Origin: a virus
IMG/VR virus record: IMGVR_UViG_3300044857_000472
Direction: 5' to 3' (one strand)
Length of the DNA: 64,000 nt
Positions 46,001 to 54,505 of the stretch are shown here, piece by piece. The position numbers were made by a program, and so were the translations under genes. Position 1 is the stretch's first letter, and each line of letters starts with the position of its first letter. The notes under the pieces are model-generated. The model did not search any database. It saw nothing but the letters and a program-made list of their open reading frames with translations, and was not told where the DNA came from.

Positions 46001-46783
46001 ATGGGTCGTAAAAGAAGAAATAACAATGCTGCGCAAATGGTAGTTGAAGAAGAAAGTTTTTCTACAACTTATGAAAGGCGCACTACTAAAAAAGCAAGTC
46101 GTTATGGTAAAAATGATGATAACCGTAGTCTAAATCTTAAGACTAGACTATCGGCTCAGACTGAAGCTCAGGGACAAATGATTGCTGCAATTGTCTCTAA
46201 CACCATTACGGTGGCAAAAGGCCCGGCAGGTACAGGTAAAACCTGTGTCGCTACTTTAAAAGCGTCTCAGATGCTTAACGATAAGGAAGTTGATAAAGTC
46301 ATTTTAACTCGTCCAGTTGTAGAAATTGGTAAGAGTATGGGCTTTCTCCCTGGTAGTATAGAAGAAAAATATGAACCTTATCTGGTTCCCTTTAAAGAGC
46401 ATTTGATTATGGCTTTTGGCAAGAGTGGATATGAAGCTCGACTCAATAAGTCAATTTTTCCTGTAGCGATTAACTTTGTACAAGGTCAAACATGGGATGA
46501 CGCGGTTATCCTTATTGATGAAGTACAGAACATGACTGCACAAGAAATGTATATGGTTTTAACTCGTATTGGTAAAAACAGTAAAGCTATTCTTACTGGT
46601 GATATCAAACAGACCGCTAATGGTAATCTGAAACATGATAACGGTTTAGCCGATCTGGAACGTCGTTATAAATCAAATACATCAATCTTTGAAAAGGGTG
46701 ACTTCGGGTTTGTAGAATTTACTTCTGAAGACATTGTTCGTTCTGATATTGTACGACGTATTATTGAAATGTATGAAGCATAA
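46001..46783 (+). CDS. phoH: PhoH-family ATPase
   Basis: GPAGTGKT, ILTRPVVE, GFLPGSIEEK, IDEVQN, LTRIG, TGDIKQ, DIVRS; ATG 46001 follows an AAAGG SD. Confidence 0.93.
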   Translation: MGRKRRNNNAAQMVVEEESFSTTYERRTTKKASRYGKNDDNRSLNLKTRLSAQTEAQGQMIAAIVSNTITVAKGPAGTGKTCVATLKASQMLNDKEVDKVILTRPVVEIGKSMGFLPGSIEEKYEPYLVPFKEHLIMAFGKSGYEARLNKSIFPVAINFVQGQTWDDAVILIDEVQNMTAQEMYMVLTRIGKNSKAILTGDIKQTANGNLKHDNGLADLERRYKSNTSIFEKGDFGFVEFTSEDIVRSDIVRRIIEMYEA

Positions 46784-46789
46784 CAAAAG

Positions 46790-46821
46790 CTCCCCATACC
46801 TTCGAAAGAGGGTATGGGGAG
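46790..46821 (+). terminator. Conserved-family terminator hairpin between convergent genes
   Basis: CTCCCCATACC-ttcgaaagag-GGTATGGGGAG followed by a T-tract. Confidence 0.8.
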
Positions 46822-46836
46822 TTTATTTCTTTTTTT

Positions 46837-47301
46837 TTATAGTAAATCTTTAGTAGCTAGATCATCTTCTTGTACTGTACGATATAAACCTTTGTGTAAC
46901 TGTACAAACTTAGTAATCTTGGTTAATTTATCATTAGGGATGTAATTGATAGTTTCTTTATCATATTCCATCACCGTTGATATATTGTTCACCAAGAGTA
47001 ATATCTCCCACAAATCGGCGCTTCCGTATAGCCTTTTGGCTGTCATTTCAGGGCGATATTTTTCAGTTGGTAGTACAGGTACCGAGGCATAATAAGGTTT
47101 AAAGAAGTGAAGCATATCTTTAAAAGTACAAGTTGGATCCTGAAGAATAACCTCCTCAGAATCCAAGTTAACCACTAGCTTGTCTGATAGATTTACCAAT
47201 AATAAAGGGTTTACTTTAGAATCTGCAATAGACTCTGGAAAGGTAGCAAACTTACTACTATCAAACCCCTCATATGATATTGAATCTACACCAACAGTCA
47301 T
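46837..47301 (-). CDS. Baseplate wedge / LysM-like (gp53, tail-X-like) protein
   Basis: YRPEMTAKRLYGSADLWEILLLVNNI motif. Confidence 0.6.
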   Translation of the reverse strand: MTVGVDSISYEGFDSSKFATFPESIADSKVNPLLLVNLSDKLVVNLDSEEVILQDPTCTFKDMLHFFKPYYASVPVLPTEKYRPEMTAKRLYGSADLWEILLLVNNISTVMEYDKETINYIPNDKLTKITKFVQLHKGLYRTVQEDDLATKDLL

Positions 47302-47906
47302 GAGTAAGTCCTACAAGCTATATTAAACATAACCCTATCAAAGAACTTCATTTCAGTTACTTGGAAAGGATACTTGTTTTTTAGATATGTATAACGTTCC
47401 ATATCTGAATCATACTGAGATTTATTAAAAGCTTCATCAAACCATACAACTGAATCTAAGTAATCTTTATTACGAAGAAGTTGTTTGTATGGAATAACAA
47501 TTTTAGAAGCTATAATATCATGGAGTCTCTGATCTGGAACTCTTAGAGAGAAGTTATCCTGAACCGCTACTACAATGGATTCAGTATAAGCAGTCTGGAT
47601 ATATCCTGCAGAAGACAATTCAGTAAGTAAAGGGCTTCTAAAGTTAATAGGAGCGCCTGTAAATACCTTCCAATCACCTTTGATATAACATACATAAAAA
47701 TGATATGGTAATTGTTTCTTTTCAAGATTCTCTAGGAAGTATGATTCTACCTTATCCAAATTGTATCCGGTTACAAAGTTCTTTAGATATGGGGCAATAG
47801 GATTGAATTTTAAACTGAAGTTCGCCATCTGTGATATAAAGATATACGGAATACGGCGCATTTTATCAGGAGTTTTAATTGGAAACAGTTTGGATTGGGT
47901 AGCCAT
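47298..47906 (-). CDS. Possible degenerate amidase_2 / PGRP-fold virion protein
   Basis: LPYHFYV...VFTGAP...SIVVAVQDNF...PDQ pattern; the N-terminal zinc-binding His is not evident. Confidence 0.4.
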   Translation of the reverse strand: MATQSKLFPIKTPDKMRRIPYIFISQMANFSLKFNPIAPYLKNFVTGYNLDKVESYFLENLEKKQLPYHFYVCYIKGDWKVFTGAPINFRSPLLTELSSAGYIQTAYTESIVVAVQDNFSLRVPDQRLHDIIASKIVIPYKQLLRNKDYLDSVVWFDEAFNKSQYDSDMERYTYLKNKYPFQVTEMKFFDRVMFNIACRTYS

Positions 47907-49012
47907 TAGACACCTTTACTTTGTAGTAGAGTGAACTTTATACCTAGATTATTTTTATTGAATTGCTTCATATAATCATTAATAGCATGGTTTTGTTCAG
48001 TAGTTTTAAGATATCTGTCTGAGATATGCTCAATTTTCTTCTGAACTACATCCAATGATAAAGCTTCCCTATCACCAGAGAAGTAACCCATTACTGTTAG
48101 TTTACCTTTATAAGCAAAACTGGAACAGAATTCTTTAATGAATTTTAATAGCATTTTCTGGTACTGATGGGAAATCTTTTTAGCTATCAGAATATTCTTC
48201 GCTTTAAGCTGATAGGGAGGCATTTCAGCTAGGATATCTAGCTTCATTTCCTCTACCCATTTAACAAATTCTTTGTCTTTTGAGTAGAGTCTATCAAACA
48301 TGCTTAATGCTTTATTGAATGATTCAGGTTTATTATATCGCATAGGGATATTCTTATAAGTGTTAGCTTTAACACCATAAGAGATTTTAACAAGATCATT
48401 CAAATCAATATCGGCGTTTCGCAGAATATCAAATAATGGTGTTGCAATAGCACTTACTTTACCGGAAATAATTTTACCAGCAGTGTTAAATGCCAACTCC
48501 CATACTTTATTAGCTAATGGATTAGCATGGATATCTACTTTTGTACGAATATTGAGATTGTTATTCTCATCTACAGAAATCTTGGTTTCGATGGCTTTCT
48601 TCTCAAGTTTTTCACCTTGATTCATTTTATATACAAGTACACCTAGTACTGCAATATAAAAGTCAGCTTCATCAAAATAAACTTCATTCCAGTCAATGTA
48701 ATCTGGATTGATTACAAAAACAAAAGCATCTTTACCAGATAAATCGTTAAAAGCATCTGAACGCTTTGTAGCATACCAGTTAAAAGCTCTTCCAAGATCA
48801 TCTGTAAAATAAACTGCATCATTAGCTCTGTAAGCTTTATCAGTTCTTAGACGATATTGGGAAGCATCAATTACCCCTGATGAAAGAATTTCCTGAATAG
48901 CTTTATAGTTAGATACACCATAAAATTTATAAGGTTTTTTAACTTTCATTAGAGGATTTTTATGTAGAGTATCATTTTCATCTTCAAGTAGAAGACTGGT
49001 TAAAGACATCAT
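47906..49012 (-). CDS. Protein with N-terminal ADP-ribosyltransferase-like domain (368 aa)
   Basis: FYGVSNYKAIQEILSSGVI and AVYFTDDLGRAFNWYA resemble the YHGT...IL..GL and VYLT...A..YA motifs of PARP/DarT/Tpt1-type folds. Confidence 0.5.
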   Translation of the reverse strand: MMSLTSLLLEDENDTLHKNPLMKVKKPYKFYGVSNYKAIQEILSSGVIDASQYRLRTDKAYRANDAVYFTDDLGRAFNWYATKRSDAFNDLSGKDAFVFVINPDYIDWNEVYFDEADFYIAVLGVLVYKMNQGEKLEKKAIETKISVDENNNLNIRTKVDIHANPLANKVWELAFNTAGKIISGKVSAIATPLFDILRNADIDLNDLVKISYGVKANTYKNIPMRYNKPESFNKALSMFDRLYSKDKEFVKWVEEMKLDILAEMPPYQLKAKNILIAKKISHQYQKMLLKFIKEFCSSFAYKGKLTVMGYFSGDREALSLDVVQKKIEHISDRYLKTTEQNHAINDYMKQFNKNNLGIKFTLLQSKGV

Positions 49013-49043
49013 TATAAATTTCCTTTAAGTTTTTAAAAGAATA

Positions 49044-49056
49044 CTAAATTCTTGTT
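49044..49056 (-). promoter_or_regulatory. Late-type promoter AACA-N6-TAG
   Basis: AACA-AGAATT-TAG upstream of 49012. Confidence 0.6.
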
Positions 49057-49099
49057 TATTTTTGTAAACTTTTTACCGGATCATATAAAATTTACAAAA

Positions 49100-49127
49100 A
49101 AAAAAGAGTAGCGAACTACTCTTTTTT
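49100..49127 (-). terminator. Terminator closing the small-ORF array
   Basis: AAAAAAGAGTAG-cgaa-CTACTCTTTTTT (UUCG loop on minus). Confidence 0.85.
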
Positions 49128-49385
49128 CAGTGTTTGTTTTAAATCTATTACAGCTCCACTATCGCTTATAATAGCTAATACAACGCTTACTCTTAACCTA
49201 GAAATCCTTACTGACCTATTGATTGAAAAGCTTTTAATAATTAGTTTAAAGTCAGTACTATTCATAAGTTCTGACATTAGATTTATAAGGAATCCTAAAT
49301 TGAATACTTTGTTTCTTAGACCACTAAGCATTACTTGGTCGTTTAGTATGTATTTTCTATTTTGTCTCTGATAATGTATATGCAT
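49116..49385 (-). CDS. Array small protein
   Basis: 89 aa, starts MHIHYQ. Confidence 0.6.
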   Translation of the reverse strand: MHIHYQRQNRKYILNDQVMLSGLRNKVFNLGFLINLMSELMNSTDFKLIIKSFSINRSVRISRLRVSVVLAIISDSGAVIDLKQTLKKE

Positions 49386-49409
49386 TATTAGTTCTCAGAA
49401 ATATAATAT

Positions 49410-49649
49410 TTAATGGTCATCTATAAAGATGAATCTTGAGTCTAATGGAGAAAATTTATCATAGAATTCAGAATATGGATTTTTTCTTGTAGTTAGCATC
49501 ATCTTTTTAGGAGGAAGGAAAGAACGCATAACTTTGATACAGTCATTAACTAAATATCTTAAAGTAGGGCGATAATAACCGGATTTATCACATTTCGATT
49601 TATAATTTAATCGCACTACTTCTAATTTAGATTTTACTATTATTTTCAT
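49410..49649 (-). CDS. Array small protein
   Basis: 79 aa, starts MKIIVK. Confidence 0.65.
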   Translation of the reverse strand: MKIIVKSKLEVVRLNYKSKCDKSGYYRPTLRYLVNDCIKVMRSFLPPKKMMLTTRKNPYSEFYDKFSPLDSRFIFIDDH

Positions 49650-49984
49650 AGATTAATGGTTAATGAAAGACTTTGATCAATACGATAGCTTTTAACTTTT
49701 TTAACTGGATTTTCAGAGAAGAAAATTCCATCTAGAAACATTTCAGCAAGTTGGGAAGATTCCGTTTCTTTCCTGCCAAATACGATATAGTCTGAAATAT
49801 GTTTTCTAGTAAAATCAAGGCTCTCAGAACCTAATTCTTTATAGAAATCGGTTTCAGTATAGTCTTTCTTAGATTCTTTTTTAATATTATTATAACATTC
49901 ATTGAACATTTGAGAAATAGAAAGATACCCTCCAATGAGTGATCGGACAGATTCTTTTTTAACCATTTTATTGCGAATTTTCAT
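49646..49984 (-). CDS. Array small protein
   Basis: 112 aa, starts MKIRNK. Confidence 0.65.
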   Translation of the reverse strand: MKIRNKMVKKESVRSLIGGYLSISQMFNECYNNIKKESKKDYTETDFYKELGSESLDFTRKHISDYIVFGRKETESSQLAEMFLDGIFFSENPVKKVKSYRIDQSLSLTINL

Positions 49985-50208
49985 TATTGGATGCCACCAT
50001 ATGGAGTATATAAGAGAAAAAGCGTGTTTACATATTCTTCAGAAAACCCTACATAATGTCTAGAGAATTCACGGTTTAATACCGAAGGAGTTCTTAATCT
50101 TTTAAATTTATTACGAGTTTTGTCTACATATACTATCAAGTCTATATATTCAGAGATAAATGTATGGACTGTTACTAGAGTATGAAACCGACATTTATTT
50201 ATTTTCAT
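49984..50208 (-). CDS. Array small protein
   Basis: 74 aa, starts MKINKC. Confidence 0.65.
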   Translation of the reverse strand: MKINKCRFHTLVTVHTFISEYIDLIVYVDKTRNKFKRLRTPSVLNREFSRHYVGFSEEYVNTLFLLYTPYGGIQ

Positions 50209-50458
50209 AGTATAATTTTAAAACTAAGCATGTAAATGATGTATCTGATACTAAGCAGTCTCTCCATATTTTCATAAATATATCAATATTTGAATCTGTT
50301 AGCCTTAGATCAAATGCTTTTCTACCTATACATGAACTAGCAACTACATCAGAACTTACACAAATTTTTGGAAGATCTCTAAATATAGTTTCTACTAGTT
50401 CGTTAGTTTCCATAAGTCTGAAAACTGACATCCTAACAGACCTGCTAAGTATTTGCAT
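50195..50458 (-). CDS. Array small protein
   Basis: Likely start MQILSR at 50458 after AAAGGT (track start 50509). Confidence 0.55.
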   Translation of the reverse strand: MQILSRSVRMSVFRLMETNELVETIFRDLPKICVSSDVVASSCIGRKAFDLRLTDSNIDIFMKIWRDCLVSDTSFTCLVLKLYYENK

Positions 50459-50708
50459 AATAGAAATGTACCTTTGGTAATTCATTAGGAATAAAAGGTA
50501 ATTCATCAATTATTATAAACGATTTATTACTTACTCCCCTTCCAAAAGCTTTAGATACCATTGTTAATCCTTGCATGATTGGAGAAATATCTATGATAGG
50601 TGTAACGGATATCATTTCTTTACGCAATTCTACTGAATCAATCAGATATGCTAAATCATTAACAATATCCTTCAGATCCATTTGCTCTTCATTTTTGATT
50701 ATTTTCAT
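50445..50708 (-). CDS. Array small protein
   Basis: 87 aa, starts MKIIKN. Confidence 0.65.
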   Translation of the reverse strand: MKIIKNEEQMDLKDIVNDLAYLIDSVELRKEMISVTPIIDISPIMQGLTMVSKAFGRGVSNKSFIIIDELPFIPNELPKVHFYYANT

Positions 50709-51052
50709 ATATTAAACTTTAGTTCTGTTATGAAGGATTCTAATTTAACAAAGGAGGTAATTCGACAGGGATATAATAAACTTACATCAGTATCCATCAT
50801 CATACGTCTTACGGAAGCCGGTAAAGTGCTACCTCCCCTACCAAAGTTCTGTGTCCATGAAAGTTTATCAATATTAAACTCTATATCTATTTTTATAGTA
50901 GTACCTAGATAAACGTCTTTACTATAAAGCTCTTTCATGTTTGGTGGGAAAAGACGCTGAATACTTGATTCAACACTCTTTCTTTCTTTAGCTAATTTAA
51001 TGTACTCTCTTTTTGAGATATAAGAATTAATATTACCTTTAATTACTTTCAT
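50705..51052 (-). CDS. Array small protein
   Basis: 115 aa, starts MKVIKG. Confidence 0.65.
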   Translation of the reverse strand: MKVIKGNINSYISKREYIKLAKERKSVESSIQRLFPPNMKELYSKDVYLGTTIKIDIEFNIDKLSWTQNFGRGGSTLPASVRRMMMDTDVSLLYPCRITSFVKLESFITELKFNI

Positions 51053-51287
51053 TTTTTCCTATTTCCGTATTATCAATTTCTATAAAATAAATCCCATCAG
51101 TTTTTATAAAGTAATTTATATCATTACTTCCTTTATTGAAAGCTGATGTATTATCAAATTCCATATGAACTGTTAGATTTACTATACGATTAATTTGTCG
51201 AATAGTACGGTCTAGATACTTTTCACAAACTACCATTTTTCTGTGAAAATTAAGATTGTCAAAGTTGGAAACTTGTAGATGAAACAT
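51039..51287 (-). CDS. Array small protein
   Basis: 82 aa, starts MFHLQV. Confidence 0.6.
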   Translation of the reverse strand: MFHLQVSNFDNLNFHRKMVVCEKYLDRTIRQINRIVNLTVHMEFDNTSAFNKGSNDINYFIKTDGIYFIEIDNTEIGKNESN

Positions 51288-51568
51288 TATAATCTCGCTA
51301 GTTTTTCAAAGTTATTATCCACTTTATATACAATTTTAACCCTATGATCAAAAATTTTATCTTTGACATTCCTAGTACCTATGAATGGAACAAAGTTAAT
51401 ATTTCCTACACTAAGAATAGTAGTTTTAACATCATTAACTTCGTAAGTAATAGTAACAATATCAGGAAATAGATAATCCTCTAAATACCACGGAAGAGAA
51501 ATACTTTTTATAAACGCTTCCAGCATATGATTAGATCTAAATTTTATCTTAACCATGAATATATCCAT
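51287..51568 (-). CDS. Array small protein
   Basis: 93 aa, starts MDIFMVKIK. Confidence 0.6.
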   Translation of the reverse strand: MDIFMVKIKFRSNHMLEAFIKSISLPWYLEDYLFPDIVTITYEVNDVKTTILSVGNINFVPFIGTRNVKDKIFDHRVKIVYKVDNNFEKLARL

Positions 51569-51767
51569 ATTCTCTGAAAAATTTGATTGAGTTAGTTTCT
51601 AAATGTATTACATATTCATTATACATCCTTGTTTCAGAATACTCATCCCATTCCATTCTTATAAGAAACTTCTCCTCATTAGTAACTATTATCCCTCGAA
51701 TATAGTAAAATGGAAATGCATCATTAGGTTCCGCTCTAATTGCATTAGCTCTTTTAAAATGTCTCAT
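51549..51767 (-). CDS. Array small protein
   Basis: 72 aa, starts MRHFKR. Confidence 0.6.
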   Translation of the reverse strand: MRHFKRANAIRAEPNDAFPFYYIRGIIVTNEEKFLIRMEWDEYSETRMYNEYVIHLETNSIKFFREYGYIHG

Positions 51768-52156
51768 TTAATATCTGCTACCTTTATCTTTACAGAGACT
51801 CTAGTAGTGTAGAAATCCTTTTTAATTGGAGGTAATTCCAATGATACTGTTATTGGTAGGTGGAGATAATCTGTTGGTAGCGCATAATTAAAATCTATAT
51901 CGTCATCACCAGTTTCATATTGTGCTTCTACTACAATATAATCAGGTGAATTCTTTATATTATTACAACAAGCATGAGACAGAAAGAAGGTAGAAAATAG
52001 TTCAGCGGGGAAGGGTTTAGTTTCGTCACGTTCTCTAGGATTTACACGCTTTATTCCATTATTAGTTAATACATCATGACTAAAACATTTTACCGATATC
52101 ATTTTATAACTAGTTTTTTCACGACCATCATTATTATTAAATTTTACTATTTTCAC
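51764..52156 (-). CDS. Array small protein
   Basis: 130 aa, starts MKIVKF. Confidence 0.65.
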   Translation of the reverse strand: MKIVKFNNNDGREKTSYKMISVKCFSHDVLTNNGIKRVNPRERDETKPFPAELFSTFFLSHACCNNIKNSPDYIVVEAQYETGDDDIDFNYALPTDYLHLPITVSLELPPIKKDFYTTRVSVKIKVADIK

Positions 52157-52535
52157 CTTTTATCTCCATAATTGACTTTATAATAGGCGCAGAAAAATTT
52201 ATAGTTTCATTATAATTACTAAAAGTAACTTTATGCTTAGGAAGGTTACTCTCTACTACAAAATTATGCTCTTTTATTAGGTCATAATCATTCCTATGAA
52301 GGTGCCTAAATACAGCTGATTTAGAGGTTAACATTTTATTTATCCTTCCAAAATCCTTACAATTTACAACTTCTATGGTTATATTTCCTTTAAAACATAC
52401 ACTTTTAGTAATATCTTGAAGCTTTCTTAATTGAAAATTTCTAGCTTCTTTAGAACTGAGTCCAGTAGACAAAGAAATTTTGTTAATTAGCATTGACATT
52501 CCATCAGTACTAGTATGTTTCTTAAATATTTTCAT
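52137..52535 (-). CDS. Array small protein
   Basis: 132 aa, starts MKIFKK. Confidence 0.65.
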   Translation of the reverse strand: MKIFKKHTSTDGMSMLINKISLSTGLSSKEARNFQLRKLQDITKSVCFKGNITIEVVNCKDFGRINKMLTSKSAVFRHLHRNDYDLIKEHNFVVESNLPKHKVTFSNYNETINFSAPIIKSIMEIKGENSKI

Positions 52536-52807
52536 AGTATATCTTTCTTATTAACGAATCTTATTGGAAAAACAACGCTATTCATTACTAAGGCGAAAGG
52601 ATCTTCTTCATCTAATTCAAAATAGACAAATGAATTATACTCATAAACTGAATCAAATCCTTGAGATGGGCTAATTACAAGCGTTTTAAAATCTTTTTCC
52701 ATATAGTTCACTAAAGACCTTATATATTCTTGGTCTTTAGTACGCCCTTCTTTCTCTAGATAGATTCTAATACTCTCCCAATCTTCATCAAGAATAGTTA
52801 TCTTCAT
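52532..52807 (-). CDS. Array small protein
   Basis: 91 aa, starts MKITIL. Confidence 0.65.
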   Translation of the reverse strand: MKITILDEDWESIRIYLEKEGRTKDQEYIRSLVNYMEKDFKTLVISPSQGFDSVYEYNSFVYFELDEEDPFALVMNSVVFPIRFVNKKDIL

Positions 52808-52813
52808 AGGATA

Positions 52814-53329
52814 TCACTTAATTATGTAAATATGGTGTTTAATAGTTTTAGGTAAAGACTCGTTAATCAGATTTACGGCTTTTATAGAAGGAAGCAAATC
52901 TTTATATTTCTTATTATCTACAATTTCTCCTAGATTAGGACTAGGTACTTTAAAATCTCTAATAGGTTTATTACGCATCTTAAGATAACTTGAGCTTTCA
53001 GCATAATAACTCATAAAAGGCGACAATTGAGATTGATGTGCATAATAGCTCATTACATCTCCATCAAAATCAACTCCCATCGCGCTATTATATACATAAT
53101 CATACTTGTTTACACTTAGATCAGTGAATGGTATGTTATCTATTAGAAAATGTACTTTCTCAGTAGTGTAAGTATGCAACATAAGAGGATTTATAAATAA
53201 GCAAACTTCTCTAAAATCTCTAAGCTTATTTTCTCGTTCAATCATTATATCCATCAATCGTGATGGTAGAAAGAACATTTGTTTCTTTACAGAAGGGAAT
53301 AATTTCTTTGGAAGCTTAGCTACGATCAT
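52814..53329 (-). CDS. Array protein with RNAP beta'-like DFDGD motif
   Basis: 171 aa; LFINPLMLHTY ... MGVDFDGDVMSYY. Confidence 0.6.
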   Translation of the reverse strand: MIVAKLPKKLFPSVKKQMFFLPSRLMDIMIERENKLRDFREVCLFINPLMLHTYTTEKVHFLIDNIPFTDLSVNKYDYVYNSAMGVDFDGDVMSYYAHQSQLSPFMSYYAESSSYLKMRNKPIRDFKVPSPNLGEIVDNKKYKDLLPSIKAVNLINESLPKTIKHHIYIIK

Positions 53330-53658
53330 TACATATGTCCTTTTATTTTCAGTAAATCAACCCAATGAAATTTCATTCCAGTGAATTGTAAAAAGATTGA
53401 ATATTCCCCACTTATCCCTATATTTAACATATTGTCAAATGCAGCTGATGAAGATTTTGCTATAGGGGTCTTAAAATTTTTAGATGCTAATTGGAGCCTA
53501 ACTGTATTCACGAATATAGAGTTCATACTGAAATTAGAACGCATTAATTCATAATTACTAGTATGATTATCCTGTCTATATAGAGCAAATATATGCGCCA
53601 TATCAACTTTTTTAAATATATTGCTTTTTCGCTTAGTAAAACGTTTGTGTATTTTCAT
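53329..53658 (-). CDS. Array small protein
   Basis: 109 aa, starts MKIHKR. Confidence 0.65.
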   Translation of the reverse strand: MKIHKRFTKRKSNIFKKVDMAHIFALYRQDNHTSNYELMRSNFSMNSIFVNTVRLQLASKNFKTPIAKSSSAAFDNMLNIGISGEYSIFLQFTGMKFHWVDLLKIKGHM

Positions 53659-53659
53659 A

Positions 53660-53908
53660 CTATCCTTTATGATACTTATAACAACGGTTTCTATTCTTTT
53701 TACTCACAAAATACAATATTTCAGGAGTGGTATCTATTGTACCTTTACTAGCAATTTTAGATGAGCTTAGTATCAATATATGAGTAGCTATTTTATTGAT
53801 GAGGCTATACATGAAATCATTATAGATGGACTTATAAATTCTATAGATATGGCTACCCGCTGGATCTAGCCCAAGATTATTAGTATACTCTCTTTCATAT
53901 ATCTTCAT
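53660..53908 (-). CDS. Array small protein
   Basis: GGAGG SD 8 nt before ATG 53908; starts MKIYER (track start 53923). Confidence 0.65.
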   Translation of the reverse strand: MKIYEREYTNNLGLDPAGSHIYRIYKSIYNDFMYSLINKIATHILILSSSKIASKGTIDTTPEILYFVSKKNRNRCYKYHKG

Positions 53909-53927
53909 TTGATAATCCTCCATTATA

Positions 53928-53937
53928 ATAATATATC
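53928..53937 (-). promoter_or_regulatory. Early-type promoter motif inside the array
   Basis: GATATATTAT on minus. Confidence 0.6.
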
Positions 53938-53952
53938 AATAAAAAAAGAGTA

Positions 53953-53971
53953 GGTTCCTTTTTGAGGAACC
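53953..53971 (-). terminator. Terminator inside the array
   Basis: GGTTCCT-ttttg-AGGAACC with an A-run on plus. Confidence 0.6.
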
Positions 53972-53978
53972 ATATCTT

Positions 53979-54245
53979 TTACTTAAGGGATGATAAATTT
54001 ATACTAACGTAGTCTTCAACTTCAATATATTCACTATAATCCTTCTCGATACAAAAGATAGGTGCTGGAAGGGTCTTTAATTCACTAAAAATTTCAAGAT
54101 CTACCACCTCTACTATAATTAATACCGCATCCAATATAGTTCTTATAGATAGCCATCTAATTTCTAAATTTATTCTAAATATATCATATCTTAATCTTGC
54201 TGGATCAACATTTAAGTGATTTTTATGGAATTTACAAGTTCTCAT
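53979..54245 (-). CDS. Array small protein
   Basis: 88 aa, starts MRTCKF. Confidence 0.6.
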   Translation of the reverse strand: MRTCKFHKNHLNVDPARLRYDIFRINLEIRWLSIRTILDAVLIIVEVVDLEIFSELKTLPAPIFCIEKDYSEYIEVEDYVSINLSSLK

Positions 54246-54505
54246 TTAGTAAATCCTATTCTAATTAAACCATGTTTCTTATAAGAAACATTCTTTTCAA
54301 AATAAAATCTTGGATCTGCTGTTTCAAGTTCATTATTTATACCGTGAATAATGAAAAGAAATTCACTTCCTTTTAATACATCATTTATGTGGCTTGATTT
54401 GCATAAATTTTCTTCTTTATTATCATGAATTCCTACTATAGTACAAGTGTTTCTATAGAAATCTACATATTCGGCTGGAACCTGATCAAGTTTTATTTTG
54501 TACAT
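54242..54505 (-). CDS. Array small protein
   Basis: 87 aa, starts MYKIKL. Confidence 0.6.
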   Translation of the reverse strand: MYKIKLDQVPAEYVDFYRNTCTIVGIHDNKEENLCKSSHINDVLKGSEFLFIIHGINNELETADPRFYFEKNVSYKKHGLIRIGFTK

